DNA of 63,483 nucleotides, filler included. It is 4 parts of 4 records of this genome, joined end to end, with 100 filler letters (N's around TTAATTAATTAA, not from the genome) between each part and the next. Parts side by side here need not be neighbours in the genome. Positions count along the whole stretch, not along the records: positions 33,441 to 57,977 come from DRR723986_5260; 3 more parts are not named here. The stretch is one strand, 5' to 3'. Below, one piece after another: positions 38,237 to 47,661 of this stretch. A model generated the notes under the pieces. The model saw only the letters and a list, made by a program, of their open reading frames with translations. It did not search any database and had not been told where the DNA came from. The position numbers were made by a program, and so were the translations under genes. Numbering within the stretch: position 1 is the first letter of the stretch; each line of letters starts with the position of its first letter.

Positions 38237-39103
38237 TCAGGGCTTGAGAGTCAGCACATCCGTGCGCAACAGGCACAGCACAGACTCGGCGGTGTTGCCA
38301 ATCAGCCGCGCCTTGACGCCCTTGCGCCCCACCGTGCCCATGACAACCAACTGGGCACGCACCCGGGCTGCCTCGGATGCAATCACCTTGGCGACCGGCC
38401 CGCGCTTGACCTTGAACATCCGGGCAGGCAGGCCGTGGGCAGCTGCCAGCTCCTCAAGATGCGGCTGGACGGCTGACTTGTGCTCCCGGGTATAAGCCAG
38501 GGGATCGACGAGGTCGAGATCGGACAGCAGCGTTGGAATCTCAATTGCAGAAACGATCTTCAGCTCCGCCTCCATCGCTGCAGCCAGGGACTGCGCGCGA
38601 CTGATGATCGCATGGTTGAGCTGACGCTTCTGGCTGGACTTAGCACCCAGGTCGATGGCAGCTAGAATCGGCCGCGTGCGGGCCCATTTGCGCTCGGCCA
38701 CAATCAGCACCGGGGCCGGACAGTCCCGAAGGAGATGCCAGTCGGTAGAGGTGTATACCATCGACTCAGACCGATGCCCGGTCTTGACCACGGCCTCATA
38801 ATCACCGGCCGCGCGTTTGATAATCCACGGATGAATGTCTTTTAGCCAGACGACCTTGAGGGACACCTTCTGGTCGCCGCGAGCATACTTGCTGATACGG
38901 GCCTGTACCGATCTTTCCCGCTCGGCCAGCAACTGGGCCTTGACCTCGGCCTGCCGCTCCTTGCCCAGCTTGAGACGGCCCAGGGGGGTATAGGTAAAGG
39001 CAACAACCTCGGTCGCAATGCCCAGCTTGCGGGCCAGTTCCAGCCCGCGCGGAGTGGCAGAACAGTCATCTTCGAGATCGGCGATAACCAGCAGCTTGCC
39101 CAT
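38237..39103 (-). CDS. uspE: tandem universal stress protein (UspE-like)
   Basis: TSTDWHLLRDCPAPVL; ILAAID; LVVMGTVGRKG.....IGNTAESVL. Confidence 0.85.
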   Translation of the reverse strand: MGKLLVIADLEDDCSATPRGLELARKLGIATEVVAFTYTPLGRLKLGKERQAEVKAQLLAERERSVQARISKYARGDQKVSLKVVWLKDIHPWIIKRAAGDYEAVVKTGHRSESMVYTSTDWHLLRDCPAPVLIVAERKWARTRPILAAIDLGAKSSQKRQLNHAIISRAQSLAAAMEAELKIVSAIEIPTLLSDLDLVDPLAYTREHKSAVQPHLEELAAAHGLPARMFKVKRGPVAKVIASEAARVRAQLVVMGTVGRKGVKARLIGNTAESVLCLLRTDVLTLKP

Positions 39104-39135
39104 AGTCACATCCAGCAATTTATCGTGTGCTTGTG

Positions 39136-39176
39136 ATTATACGGCCCCTGCGCAGCCGGGGAAGCGGGCCAGATCA
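39136..39176 (-). promoter_or_regulatory. sigma70 -10 with an FNR half-site for the usp gene
   Basis: TATAAT at 39141-39136; TTGAT at 39176-39172 would centre an FNR box near -41; second half-site absent. Confidence 0.35.
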
Positions 39177-39581
39177 ATAAGTCTGCACGCAGTTCGCTGG
39201 TGCAGCCTGTTGCAAGCCAGGGAAGCAGCCGCCGCAATCGGCACAGACAGACTGAGCGGCCCAGCGCCGGTAACGCCGGTGGGTCACCAGAATATCCACC
39301 GTCAGCCCGAGCAACAGGATTAGCCCAGCCACCCCGAGCCAGCGCAGGGCGGGATAGTGCTCCAGGTACCATAGAGCTACCGCCGGCAAGGTCAGCCCCA
39401 GACCCAGGGCCAGCAGGCTGACGAACAGTGAGCGCGGCGGACAGGCGCCGCTGGAGGTCTCGGTATACCAGGAGAACCCGGCCCCGGCGCTACCCTCGCG
39501 CATCAGGCCAAGGAATAACGCCCGCCGGGAGCGGGTCCGGGGGGAGCTGCAATGCGGGCAATCAGGCGCTGTGCCAGTCAC
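39174..39581 (-). CDS. small 2-TM protein with flanking CxxC pairs
   Basis: CPHC, two hydrophobic helices, CADC; GTGA overlap with the upstream gene. Confidence 0.6.
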   Translation of the reverse strand: MTGTAPDCPHCSSPRTRSRRALFLGLMREGSAGAGFSWYTETSSGACPPRSLFVSLLALGLGLTLPAVALWYLEHYPALRWLGVAGLILLLGLTVDILVTHRRYRRWAAQSVCADCGGCFPGLQQAAPANCVQTY

Positions 39582-39832
39582 CGGACTCCGCCCGCGAGAT
39601 ACCACCGCGCACCCGCCCGGGTCACCTTGCCATCCGCCCGCAGCTCCTCCAGCACCCGTTCGACTATCCCTGCGTGATAGGAAGACGCCACATCCGGCGC
39701 CCAGTCGCCGAGAAAGTCAGCGATCTCTGTACTCGTCGCGCCGCGACGGTGAGCCACCTGCATGGCGAGAAAGACCATTGAGCGGATCATGGCGATCACT
39801 TTGTCGGTCATCAGAATCAGTGGATTGTGCAT
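39578..39832 (-). CDS. 84-aa hypothetical protein, winged-helix-like
   Basis: AGGAGG RBS; GATSTEIADFL...VERVLEELRADGKV....RWYL. Confidence 0.65.
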   Translation of the reverse strand: MHNPLILMTDKVIAMIRSMVFLAMQVAHRRGATSTEIADFLGDWAPDVASSYHAGIVERVLEELRADGKVTRAGARWYLAGGVR

Positions 39833-39937
39833 AGCGCTTCCCTCCTGTTTCAGTCAGGGAAACGATACGGGGATGGCGGTGTAAACCGGATGGCCCGCCA
39901 CGCCACTCGCATGGCCGCAGGCGCCAGAATTGGCGGG

Positions 39938-40957
39938 CTAGCCCGGGTTGTCGCGATACTCCGCCGGGGCTTTGCCCGTCCAGCGCTTGAACGCCCGGGA
40001 AAAGGTGCTCGGCTCGGAAAAGCCCAGCAGGTAGGCGGTTTCGACGACCGAGCGACTGGGCTGGCCGAGGTATTTCCTGGCCAGTTGCAGACGCGTGTCC
40101 TGCAGCAAGTCCATGAAGCTGGTGCCCTCCTCCTTCAGCTTACGCTGCAGGGTCCGGTTGCTGACGCTGAGGTCACGGGCAATGAGGTCCTGGCTGGGCG
40201 GGCCGTCAGGCAGCCGGTCGACAATTTTGCTGACCACATCGCGGGCCGTGCTCCGGCTCATAAAGCTGTCGAGGTAGGCCTGCGCCTGCTCGTCGTTTAC
40301 CCGCGCCAGCGCCGGGTCGCCGGTCACCAATGGCTCCATGATGTCGGCGCGAGACCAGGTGATGCGGGTTAGCTCACTGTCGAAGGTCACCCGGCTGGCA
40401 AACTCGTACTCCCAGCGGGAGGGATCCTCCGGGGTCGGTCGCGCCAGGTCCACCCGGACCGGCGCCAGAAACTCGCCGAGGGTCAGCCGGCACATCCGCA
40501 GGATCATGCCGACTGCATAATCGCGCCCGGCATACGACACGTCCATCAGATCAAGGCTCTGCTCCAGCTGGACGTAGACGAAGTCATCGTCCTCGAACAA
40601 GCTCGGGTTGGCACCGGTACTGATCAGCTTACCGAAGCGCGTCATACGCTTGAGCCCATCGTATACCGTATCGCTGGCGAGCCACGCCAGGCCCAGCCCG
40701 TGCAACACCTGGGGCTGGAGTTGTTCCGCTGCGGCCAGGCCGAAGGCCTCATCTCCGCTCAGGCGCACCGATTCCGCCAGCAACGCGGTGCCATGTTCAT
40801 GGGAGATACGCCAGTCAGGCCTGGCGAGTCCGGCTGGATCGATTCCGACACTCTCAAGCGTCGCCATTGCATCGATGCCGCGCAGGCGCAAGGCCTTGGC
40901 AATCGGCAGCACGAAGGTTGCGAGCATCGAGTGCTCTGTGGCGGGACTAGCTCGCAT
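39938..40957 (-). CDS. AraC-family regulator (OruR/Arabinose_bd_2 type)
   Basis: SNRTLQRKLKEEGTSF; LLGFSEPSTFSRAFKRWTG. Confidence 0.92.
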   Translation of the reverse strand: MRASPATEHSMLATFVLPIAKALRLRGIDAMATLESVGIDPAGLARPDWRISHEHGTALLAESVRLSGDEAFGLAAAEQLQPQVLHGLGLAWLASDTVYDGLKRMTRFGKLISTGANPSLFEDDDFVYVQLEQSLDLMDVSYAGRDYAVGMILRMCRLTLGEFLAPVRVDLARPTPEDPSRWEYEFASRVTFDSELTRITWSRADIMEPLVTGDPALARVNDEQAQAYLDSFMSRSTARDVVSKIVDRLPDGPPSQDLIARDLSVSNRTLQRKLKEEGTSFMDLLQDTRLQLARKYLGQPSRSVVETAYLLGFSEPSTFSRAFKRWTGKAPAEYRDNPG

Positions 40958-41004
40958 GGATCGGGGACCTGGACTCTTTGGGCAGCACTATAGCACCGTG
41001 ACCA

Positions 41005-42234
41005 TCAGCCATAGAACCAGTAGGCGACGGCGATGGCCGCGATGATACCCGCGAGGTCGGCCGCGAGTCCGCAGCTCACCGCATGGCGGGCGTGACGGAT
41101 ACCCACGGCGCCGAAATACACCGCCAGCACGTAGAACGTCGTTTCGGTCGACCCCTGGAAGGTGGCCGCCAGACGACCCTGGAATGAGTCGACACCGAAG
41201 CTGTTCATGGTATCGATCATCATCGCCCGCGCTCCCGAGCCCGACAGTGGCTTCATCAGCGCGGTCGGCAGCGCGTCAACCCACCGGGTATCGGCACCGA
41301 ACCAGGCAACCAGGTCGCGCACCGCGCCAAGCACGAGGTCCAGGGCACCACTGGCGCGAAAGACGCCGATGGCGACCAGCATGGCCAGGAGATAGGGAAT
41401 GATCCCGATCGCGGTTTCAAAGCCCTGCTTCGCCCCTTCAATAAAGGTCTCGTAGACATTGGCGACCTTGCGCTGGGCCGCGACCAGGAACAGGATTACC
41501 AGGCTGATGATAAGCAGGTTACTGAGCAGACTGGACTGACGCTGTAGCTCATCCGCCGTGAGGGTCGAAAACCAGCCCACCAGCGCCAGCAGGCTTGCAA
41601 AGCCAAGACCTAGAAACCCAAGCACCACGGTATCGCGCAGCTGCAGGCGCTGGACCCAGGCGGTTACCAGCAGACCGGCGAGTGTGGAGCAACTGGTGGC
41701 AATCAGGATGGGGATGAACACCGCCGCCGGATCCTCAGCGCCCATTTGCGCTCGGTAGAGCAAAATGGTGACCGGGAACAGGGTCACCGAGGAGGTATTC
41801 AGAACCAGGAACAGGATCTGGGCATTGCTGGCCGTATCGGGCCGGGGGTTCAGCGTCTGCAGATCCTTCATCGCCTTGATACCCAGCGGCGTCGCGGCGT
41901 TATCCAGACCAAGGATATTGGCCGACAGGTTCAGGGTCATGGACGAGATGGCCGGATGCCCGGCGGGCACCTCGGGCATGAGGCGAGTGAACAGCGGCGA
42001 CAGGTACCGCGCCAGGCGCTCGATCAGCCCGCTCGCCTCACCCAGGGCGACGACCCCCAGCCACAGCGCCATCAGGCCGATCAGGCCGATCGCCAGCTCC
42101 ACCGACAGGGTGGCCATATCGAACAGGGCCGAGACCATGCGCTGGAACACCAGCGCATCGTCCAGCCACAGCCACTGGAACAGGCCGCTGGCAAAAGCCA
42201 CCAGGAAGAAACCGAACCAGATGCGGTGCAGCAT
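41005..42234 (-). CDS. SpmA/SpmB-like nucleoside-recognition-domain membrane protein
   Basis: AN.LGLDNAATPLG.KAM; KPLSGSGA; GSTETTFYVLAVYFG. Confidence 0.9.
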   Translation of the reverse strand: MLHRIWFGFFLVAFASGLFQWLWLDDALVFQRMVSALFDMATLSVELAIGLIGLMALWLGVVALGEASGLIERLARYLSPLFTRLMPEVPAGHPAISSMTLNLSANILGLDNAATPLGIKAMKDLQTLNPRPDTASNAQILFLVLNTSSVTLFPVTILLYRAQMGAEDPAAVFIPILIATSCSTLAGLLVTAWVQRLQLRDTVVLGFLGLGFASLLALVGWFSTLTADELQRQSSLLSNLLIISLVILFLVAAQRKVANVYETFIEGAKQGFETAIGIIPYLLAMLVAIGVFRASGALDLVLGAVRDLVAWFGADTRWVDALPTALMKPLSGSGARAMMIDTMNSFGVDSFQGRLAATFQGSTETTFYVLAVYFGAVGIRHARHAVSCGLAADLAGIIAAIAVAYWFYG

Positions 42235-42519
42235 CAGCGGGTTCGCAACACGAGGAAACGGCACACCGGATGTGCCAGTCGGTCCTGTAGTCTCACCCTG
42301 TTCCCCTGTCTGATCCAGCGGACCAGACTAATGGAAAAACTGGTATCGATCCAAGGCGGGCACATACTATTTTTTATACCGTATCGGGCGCGCCATGGGC
42401 AAACCACCGCTACTGATCGCCAGCCAGCCGACCCCGGCCACAACGACAGCGGCACAACGGGTGCACAGACCGGCCCGTTCGATTAGATTAGGCAACCCGC
42501 AACTACAGGAAGCCAACCA

Positions 42520-43365
42520 ATGAGCCTGGAACTCATCGCCAGCAACCGCTGCTTCGAGGGCGAACAGCGCCGTTACCGACATCAGTCCAAGCAGCTCGGC
42601 TGCGACATGACCTTTTCCCTCTACCTGCCGCGCCAGGCGCAAAAGGGAGCTGTCCCCCTGCTCTACTGGCTTTCCGGCCTGACCTGCACCGATGAAAACT
42701 TTGTGCAGAAGGCGGGCGCCCAACGCTACGCCGCCGAGCACGGCCTGGCCATACTCTGCCCCGATACCAGCCCCCGGGGTGAATCCATCCCGGATGACCC
42801 TGAGGGCGAGTGGGACTTCGGCCTGGGGGCCGGGTTCTATGTCAATGCCACCGAACCCCTGTGGCGGGATAACTACCGGATGTACGACTACGTGGTCAGC
42901 GAGTTGCCGGCAGTGACGGCGCAGATCGAAGGCCTCGACCCTGGCCGCAGCAGCATTTTTGGTCACTCCATGGGCGGCCACGGCGCCCTGGTCATTGCCC
43001 TGCGTAACCCGGACCACTTTCACTCGGTATCCGCCTTCGCACCGATCGTCGCGCCGAGCCAGTGCCCCTGGGGTGAGAAAGCCCTGGGCAACTACCTCGG
43101 GCAGGATAGGGAAGCGTGGAAAAACTACGACAGCTGCGAACTCATCCGGGCGGGCGCCCACCAATTGCCGATGCTGGTGGACCAGGGCGAGGCCGACAAC
43201 TTCCTGGCTGAGCAGTTAAAGACCGAACTGTTGCAGCAGGCCTGCGCCGACGCCGGCTATGAGGCCACTATCCGCCTGCAGCCCGGCTACGATCACAGCT
43301 ACTTCTTCATCGCGAGCTTCGTGGGTAGCCATATCGCGTTCCACGCCCGCGCGCTGGGACTGTAG
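42520..43365 (+). CDS. fghA: S-formylglutathione hydrolase
   Basis: LSGLTC, PDTSPRG, GAGFY, GHSMGG, GYDHSYFF. Confidence 0.95.
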   Translation: MSLELIASNRCFEGEQRRYRHQSKQLGCDMTFSLYLPRQAQKGAVPLLYWLSGLTCTDENFVQKAGAQRYAAEHGLAILCPDTSPRGESIPDDPEGEWDFGLGAGFYVNATEPLWRDNYRMYDYVVSELPAVTAQIEGLDPGRSSIFGHSMGGHGALVIALRNPDHFHSVSAFAPIVAPSQCPWGEKALGNYLGQDREAWKNYDSCELIRAGAHQLPMLVDQGEADNFLAEQLKTELLQQACADAGYEATIRLQPGYDHSYFFIASFVGSHIAFHARALGL

Positions 43366-43415
43366 ATATTTAGGGAAGCGTGATGCCGACCGTCTACCGG
43401 GCGGCACCCGCTGTG

Positions 43416-44213
43416 TCAGTCACCCGGATACAGGAGGCTGCGCCACTTGCTGCGCTCGAAGGGGCGCCACTCCCCCGGCGGCACTGACAGGCGCTCCGCC
43501 ACCAGGAACCAGATTGCCGGATTGAGGGTCATGCCACAGTGGCTCCCGCGCACGCGAATACTCTGGGTTTTCTCGTGACCTTCCTTCTGCACGGTGGTCA
43601 CCCAGTTAACAATGCCATCTCCCCGTGAGTAGATCGCGGTCGTCGGCACCGGTGGTGCGATGTGCAATTCATCCTGGTCGATGGGCAGCTCTTCCGGAGG
43701 ATTCAGCGCCATAAACAGGCGTGCCGGGTAGGAAGCGGTAAGACGACCCTCTCCGAAAGGGCTGCCCAGGGAAATCACCTGGCGAACCCGTTCCGGCGCG
43801 GCGCGGGCAAGCTCACGGGCGAAGATACCGCCGAGACTGTGACCAACCAGGGACACCGGCCCCTGGTAGCGCTCGGAGAGAAACTCGATCCGCTCCAGCA
43901 AACCCTCGAGCACACCCTCGCGTGGACCGAGATTGCGCCCAAGCCCCCAGCCATGCACCGCATAGTCGAGGCGCGTCAGGTAGCGACGAAAAGCCGCGTT
44001 ATAGCCGTCCGCACCAAGAAAGCCTGGCAACACCATCACCGGGTGGCCGTCCCCGGGGGGAGCCTTGGCCACGATCTTTCGGGTTAATCCGAGAGTGATG
44101 ATTTCTGCCGCGGCGCGATGGGCCTCGGTCAGGGCGAGCAATGCGGAGGGTGGTGGCACCGAGGGCTCGGTATCGAGCATTTCCCCGTACAACGCCGTAT
44201 CGGCACTAGCCAT
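43416..44213 (-). CDS. alpha/beta hydrolase
   Basis: VLPGF, GWGLGRN, GHSLGG, S.GDGIV.W, GSH.G. Confidence 0.88.
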   Translation of the reverse strand: MASADTALYGEMLDTEPSVPPPSALLALTEAHRAAAEIITLGLTRKIVAKAPPGDGHPVMVLPGFLGADGYNAAFRRYLTRLDYAVHGWGLGRNLGPREGVLEGLLERIEFLSERYQGPVSLVGHSLGGIFARELARAAPERVRQVISLGSPFGEGRLTASYPARLFMALNPPEELPIDQDELHIAPPVPTTAIYSRGDGIVNWVTTVQKEGHEKTQSIRVRGSHCGMTLNPAIWFLVAERLSVPPGEWRPFERSKWRSLLYPGD

Positions 44214-44315
44214 TGGATGCGTCCTGTATCACCTAGCAGGAGCTCCTTGCATAAGAAGATTCGTACGCCAAGGATAACGAAAATACTGAAGGTTCGATAG
44301 CCCCCGCCCAGCGCT

Positions 44316-44438
44316 TCAATAGCCGACGAAATGGAAGCTCACACCCAGGCTGTTACCCAGCCAGAAGCCGTGCTCGCTGACGATACAGCTGCCTGCCAGC
44401 ATCCAGTCAGGCAGGTTTAACCAGATCGCGATGTCCAT
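44316..44438 (-). CDS. 40-aa small protein (below the ORF-track cutoff)
   Basis: GGAGGTAGGG-ATG; MDIAIWLNLPDWMLAGSCIVSEHGFWLGNSLGVSFHFVGY*. Confidence 0.45.
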   Translation of the reverse strand: MDIAIWLNLPDWMLAGSCIVSEHGFWLGNSLGVSFHFVGY

Positions 44439-44563
44439 CCCTACCTCCACAAAACCAGACCCCCGATGGATGACCTTCGGCACATTTTTCCGGGCAAGCC
44501 CCTCCCCTGCCCGGCCTGCCAGGGCCGGACGGACATTGTTATCGAGGGACTAGCCGATGGTTT

Positions 44564-45085
44564 TTAGAGCTTGGAAAACTCTTTGTTCAGGTTGTACTGC
44601 CGCGAGGTGACGTAGGACTCCATACCCTCTACCCGGCGCAGTGCCGCATCGAGACGCTCGCGGGCACGCTTCAGACGCACGCTGCTGCTCTCGCTATACC
44701 GGAATACCTTGCGCGGCCGGTAATCGTGATAGCGCTCGTCGTACTCCATTTCGACTTCGGTCTCGTCAAAGCTTTCCGCTTCATAGGGCTCACGGTCACC
44801 CGCACGGCGCAGCGGACGGGGCGCCAACAGGAGCCAGGCGCCGAGGTAGGCCCAGAGGGCGAGCGTTCCGGTGAAGATAAAGGCACCCACCCACAACAGG
44901 CGCACGACCCAGTGCGCCACGTCCCAGTGGTCCGCGAGGCCGGCACAGACCCCGGCGACCTTTCCCTCCCGGGTGTTGCGATAGAGATTCATTCCCCAGC
45001 CGGCACTCTTGCGAGCACGGAACCGATGCGTATTGCGTCGGTAGGTCTGGTAATGATCGTACTGTCGGTGGCGTCTCCTGCTCAT
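44564..45085 (-). CDS. pspC: phage shock protein C
   Basis: LYR....GKVAGVCAGLA; one TM; ME.YVTS.QY.L..EF..L. Confidence 0.92.
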   Translation of the reverse strand: MSRRRHRQYDHYQTYRRNTHRFRARKSAGWGMNLYRNTREGKVAGVCAGLADHWDVAHWVVRLLWVGAFIFTGTLALWAYLGAWLLLAPRPLRRAGDREPYEAESFDETEVEMEYDERYHDYRPRKVFRYSESSSVRLKRARERLDAALRRVEGMESYVTSRQYNLNKEFSKL

Positions 45086-45088
45086 GGT

Positions 45089-45346
45089 TTACTCCTTGTC
45101 CCGCTCGCTGCGGGTAACCTTCTGCCGCCAGTCCGGGTGATCGGCGTCCAGGATCGATTCCAGGGTGCCGATGCGCTCGGTCAACGTGTCTACTGTCTCG
45201 AGCATATGCTCGATCGATTCCCGGTCCTCCTCAGTGAGGCTGCGGCTCGAACGGTTGAGGCTGCGGTAATGCATCACAATCCAGATCGGGGCCACGATCA
45301 CCATGAAGAGTACGGTGGGTACGAACAGTATTTCCCAGGGTTCCAT
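45089..45346 (-). CDS. pspB: phage shock protein B
   Basis: VAPIWIVMHY; L.ERI.TLESILD...PDWR. Confidence 0.93.
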   Translation of the reverse strand: MEPWEILFVPTVLFMVIVAPIWIVMHYRSLNRSSRSLTEEDRESIEHMLETVDTLTERIGTLESILDADHPDWRQKVTRSERDKE

Positions 45347-45417
45347 TCATTCATTCCTTGGGCAGTCTGGTGGAGACCCACCATGCTGCCATGTTAGTGC
45401 CTTTACGCCAATCGACT

Positions 45418-46110
45418 TCAGGAGACCGGCGTCTCGGTCTTGCCGCCGCCCTTGAGCTCGTTCTTCAGGCGCTCCAGTTCGTCGGTGATCCGCTCGTCCT
45501 GCTCCAGCGCGCTGATCTCTGCTGCCAGGTCGGGCGGCACTTCCCGACCCAGGTCCATGGATTCCAACTGGCTTTCCAGGTTATCCATGCGCCGCTCGTA
45601 GTGCTCGAAACGCTGGAACGCACTGTCCAGGGCTTCGCGGTGCATCTGCCGCTTGACCTTGATCCGCGACTCCACGGTTTTGCCACGCATCACCATGGCC
45701 TTCTGCTTGGCCTTGGCGTCGCTCAGCTTTTGCTGCAACTGGGCAACCTCGTCATTCAACTGTGCGATGTGGTCGTCGGTCGCGGTCAGTTCCGCTTCCA
45801 CAACAGCAAGCTCCTCAGCGATCGCCTGCTTTTCCTGCAGGGCGGCCCGGGCCAGGTCTTCACGACCCTTGCTGATGGCCAGTTTCGCCTTATCTTCCCA
45901 GGCCTGGGCTTCCGCCTCGACCTGTTCCAGGCGACGCGCTGCCCCCTTGCGGTCGGCGAGCACCCTTGCAGAGGAGCTGCGCACCTCAACCAGCGTGTCT
46001 TCCATTTCCTGGATGATGAGTCGGATCATCTTCTCCGGATCTTCCGCCTGGTCCAGCAGGGCGTTCAGGTTGGAGTTAATGATGTCGGTCATGCGGGAAA
46101 AAATACCCAT
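45418..46110 (-). CDS. pspA: phage shock protein A
   Basis: MGIFSR..DIINSN.NALLD.AEDPEKMIRLIIQEMEDTLVEVRS. Confidence 0.96.
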   Translation of the reverse strand: MGIFSRMTDIINSNLNALLDQAEDPEKMIRLIIQEMEDTLVEVRSSSARVLADRKGAARRLEQVEAEAQAWEDKAKLAISKGREDLARAALQEKQAIAEELAVVEAELTATDDHIAQLNDEVAQLQQKLSDAKAKQKAMVMRGKTVESRIKVKRQMHREALDSAFQRFEHYERRMDNLESQLESMDLGREVPPDLAAEISALEQDERITDELERLKNELKGGGKTETPVS

Positions 46111-46123
46111 TGCGCTTCTCCTG

Positions 46124-46315
46124 TTACTTACTGTCCAGCCAATGCGGGCGATCCGCTTCAACCGGGTTATTACCAAGCCAGTACACCAGTTCGATGATCA
46201 CGGCCACCTGGAACAGTGTCCAGGCAGCGGCTGCCAGGCCAAGAAAGGTGCCAATCGTGCTGCAGACAATCAGCAGCGCCGTATACACCAGGAATCGTTC
46301 ATCCGTTCTGTTCAT
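46124..46315 (-). CDS. 63-aa membrane protein, first gene of the psp operon
   Basis: AGGGAG RBS; long hydrophobic segment; lies between the sigma54 promoter and pspA, 13 bp from pspA. Confidence 0.6.
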   Translation of the reverse strand: MNRTDERFLVYTALLIVCSTIGTFLGLAAAAWTLFQVAVIIELVYWLGNNPVEADRPHWLDSK

Positions 46316-46387
46316 CAGTATCGCTCCCTACCGGGCGCCCGAGGACCCCCGCGTCATAGCCCTGAGGGCTTTGTACACCTCTCCTAT

Positions 46388-46403
46388 TACACAGATCGTG
46401 CCA
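46388..46403 (-). promoter_or_regulatory. sigma54 promoter of the psp operon
   Basis: TGGCACG-ATCT-GTGTA; GT at -12 as in E. coli pspAp. Confidence 0.75.
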
Positions 46404-46411
46404 GAAAATCT

Positions 46412-46424
46412 TAACCCATTGATT
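46412..46424 (-). promoter_or_regulatory. IHF site
   Basis: AATCAA-TGGG-TTA matches WATCAAN4TTR, just upstream of the sigma54 site. Confidence 0.7.
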
Positions 46425-46538
46425 CCTAACAATATAATGACTCTTTCTCGCGGGAGATGCTGTTTTTCGATCTGATATATCGGTATTTTTGGCCTTATAT
46501 TGGGTTCCGAATACCTGTGAATGAGGTATATTTGACCT

Positions 46539-47549
46539 ATGAAGAGAACTCAGGAAAGCATGATAGGCGATTCCGCCGCGCTGGCCGAGGCACTGGATCA
46601 CGTCTCACGCCTCGCCCCCATCGACCGTCCGGTGCTGGTATTGGGGGAGCGGGGTACCGGCAAGGAACTGGCAGCAGAACGCCTGCACTACCTCTCGACC
46701 CGTTGGGACGCACCGCTGCTGAAAGTGAACTGTGCGGCGATGGCGGAGGGATTACTGGAATCCGAACTGTTCGGCCACGAGGCCGGCGCTTTTACCGGCG
46801 CGACCCGCGGTCACCGCGGCCGCTTCGAGCGCGCGGACGGTGGCACCCTGTTTCTCGACGAACTGGGTACCATGTCCATGCGCCTGCAGGAGAAACTGCT
46901 GCGCCTGGTGGAATACGGTGAATTCGAGCGCGTCGGCGGCCAGGAAACCCTGCAGGTCGATGTGCGGGTCATCGCCGCCACCAACGCTGACCTGAGAGAA
47001 CTGGCGGACCAGGGAGAATTCCGACACGACCTTCTGGATCGCCTCAGCTTTGACGTGGTGCACCTCCCTGCCCTGCACCAGCGACGGGAAGATATCCTGG
47101 CATTGGCTGAACACTTCGCCATCCAGATGTGCGCTGAACTCGGCTGGGACCTGTTTCCCGGCTTCAGCGAGCAGGCTATCGAGCAAATGCTGGCCTATCG
47201 CTGGCCCGGCAACGTGCGGGAACTGAAGAACGCGGTTGAGCGCTCGCTGCATCGCTGGGGCGACCCCGACAATCCGGTAGCGACCATGGTTCTCGACCCC
47301 TTCGCATCACCCTATGCGAGCAGCGCACCGGAGCCCCTCCCGAAGCAGACTGCTGACCAGGACCCGCCCGATAGCGGACAAGGCTTCGCCGAGCGCCTGG
47401 CCACCATCGAAAGGCAGCTGCTGGAGGACGCCCTGGTGCGCAATGGCCACAACCAGCGGCGCACCGCGGCGGAGCTGCAATTGAGCTACGACCAGTTGCG
47501 TGGCATGGTACGCAAACACGAGCTGGGCGGCAGGCGCCGCCGCCGCTGA
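46539..47549 (+). CDS. pspF: psp operon activator (bEBP)
   Basis: GERGTGKE, ESELFGHEAGAFTGA, WPGNVREL, C-terminal Fis-type HTH; no regulatory domain. Confidence 0.95.
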   Translation: MKRTQESMIGDSAALAEALDHVSRLAPIDRPVLVLGERGTGKELAAERLHYLSTRWDAPLLKVNCAAMAEGLLESELFGHEAGAFTGATRGHRGRFERADGGTLFLDELGTMSMRLQEKLLRLVEYGEFERVGGQETLQVDVRVIAATNADLRELADQGEFRHDLLDRLSFDVVHLPALHQRREDILALAEHFAIQMCAELGWDLFPGFSEQAIEQMLAYRWPGNVRELKNAVERSLHRWGDPDNPVATMVLDPFASPYASSAPEPLPKQTADQDPPDSGQGFAERLATIERQLLEDALVRNGHNQRRTAAELQLSYDQLRGMVRKHELGGRRRRR

Positions 47550-47661
47550 CCCGGCTCGCGCCTGGCCTCACTGAGCGCAACGCTCCCCCTTAATAGGTAT
47601 GGCGAGCACAGGCCCCGGCCACTATTCTTGCACCAAATTACGCACTCTCCAGGACAACACC

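Noticed and set aside
44564-47549. Psp system as a secretin-stress partner of the T2SS
   Set aside because: Different contigs and probably different organisms
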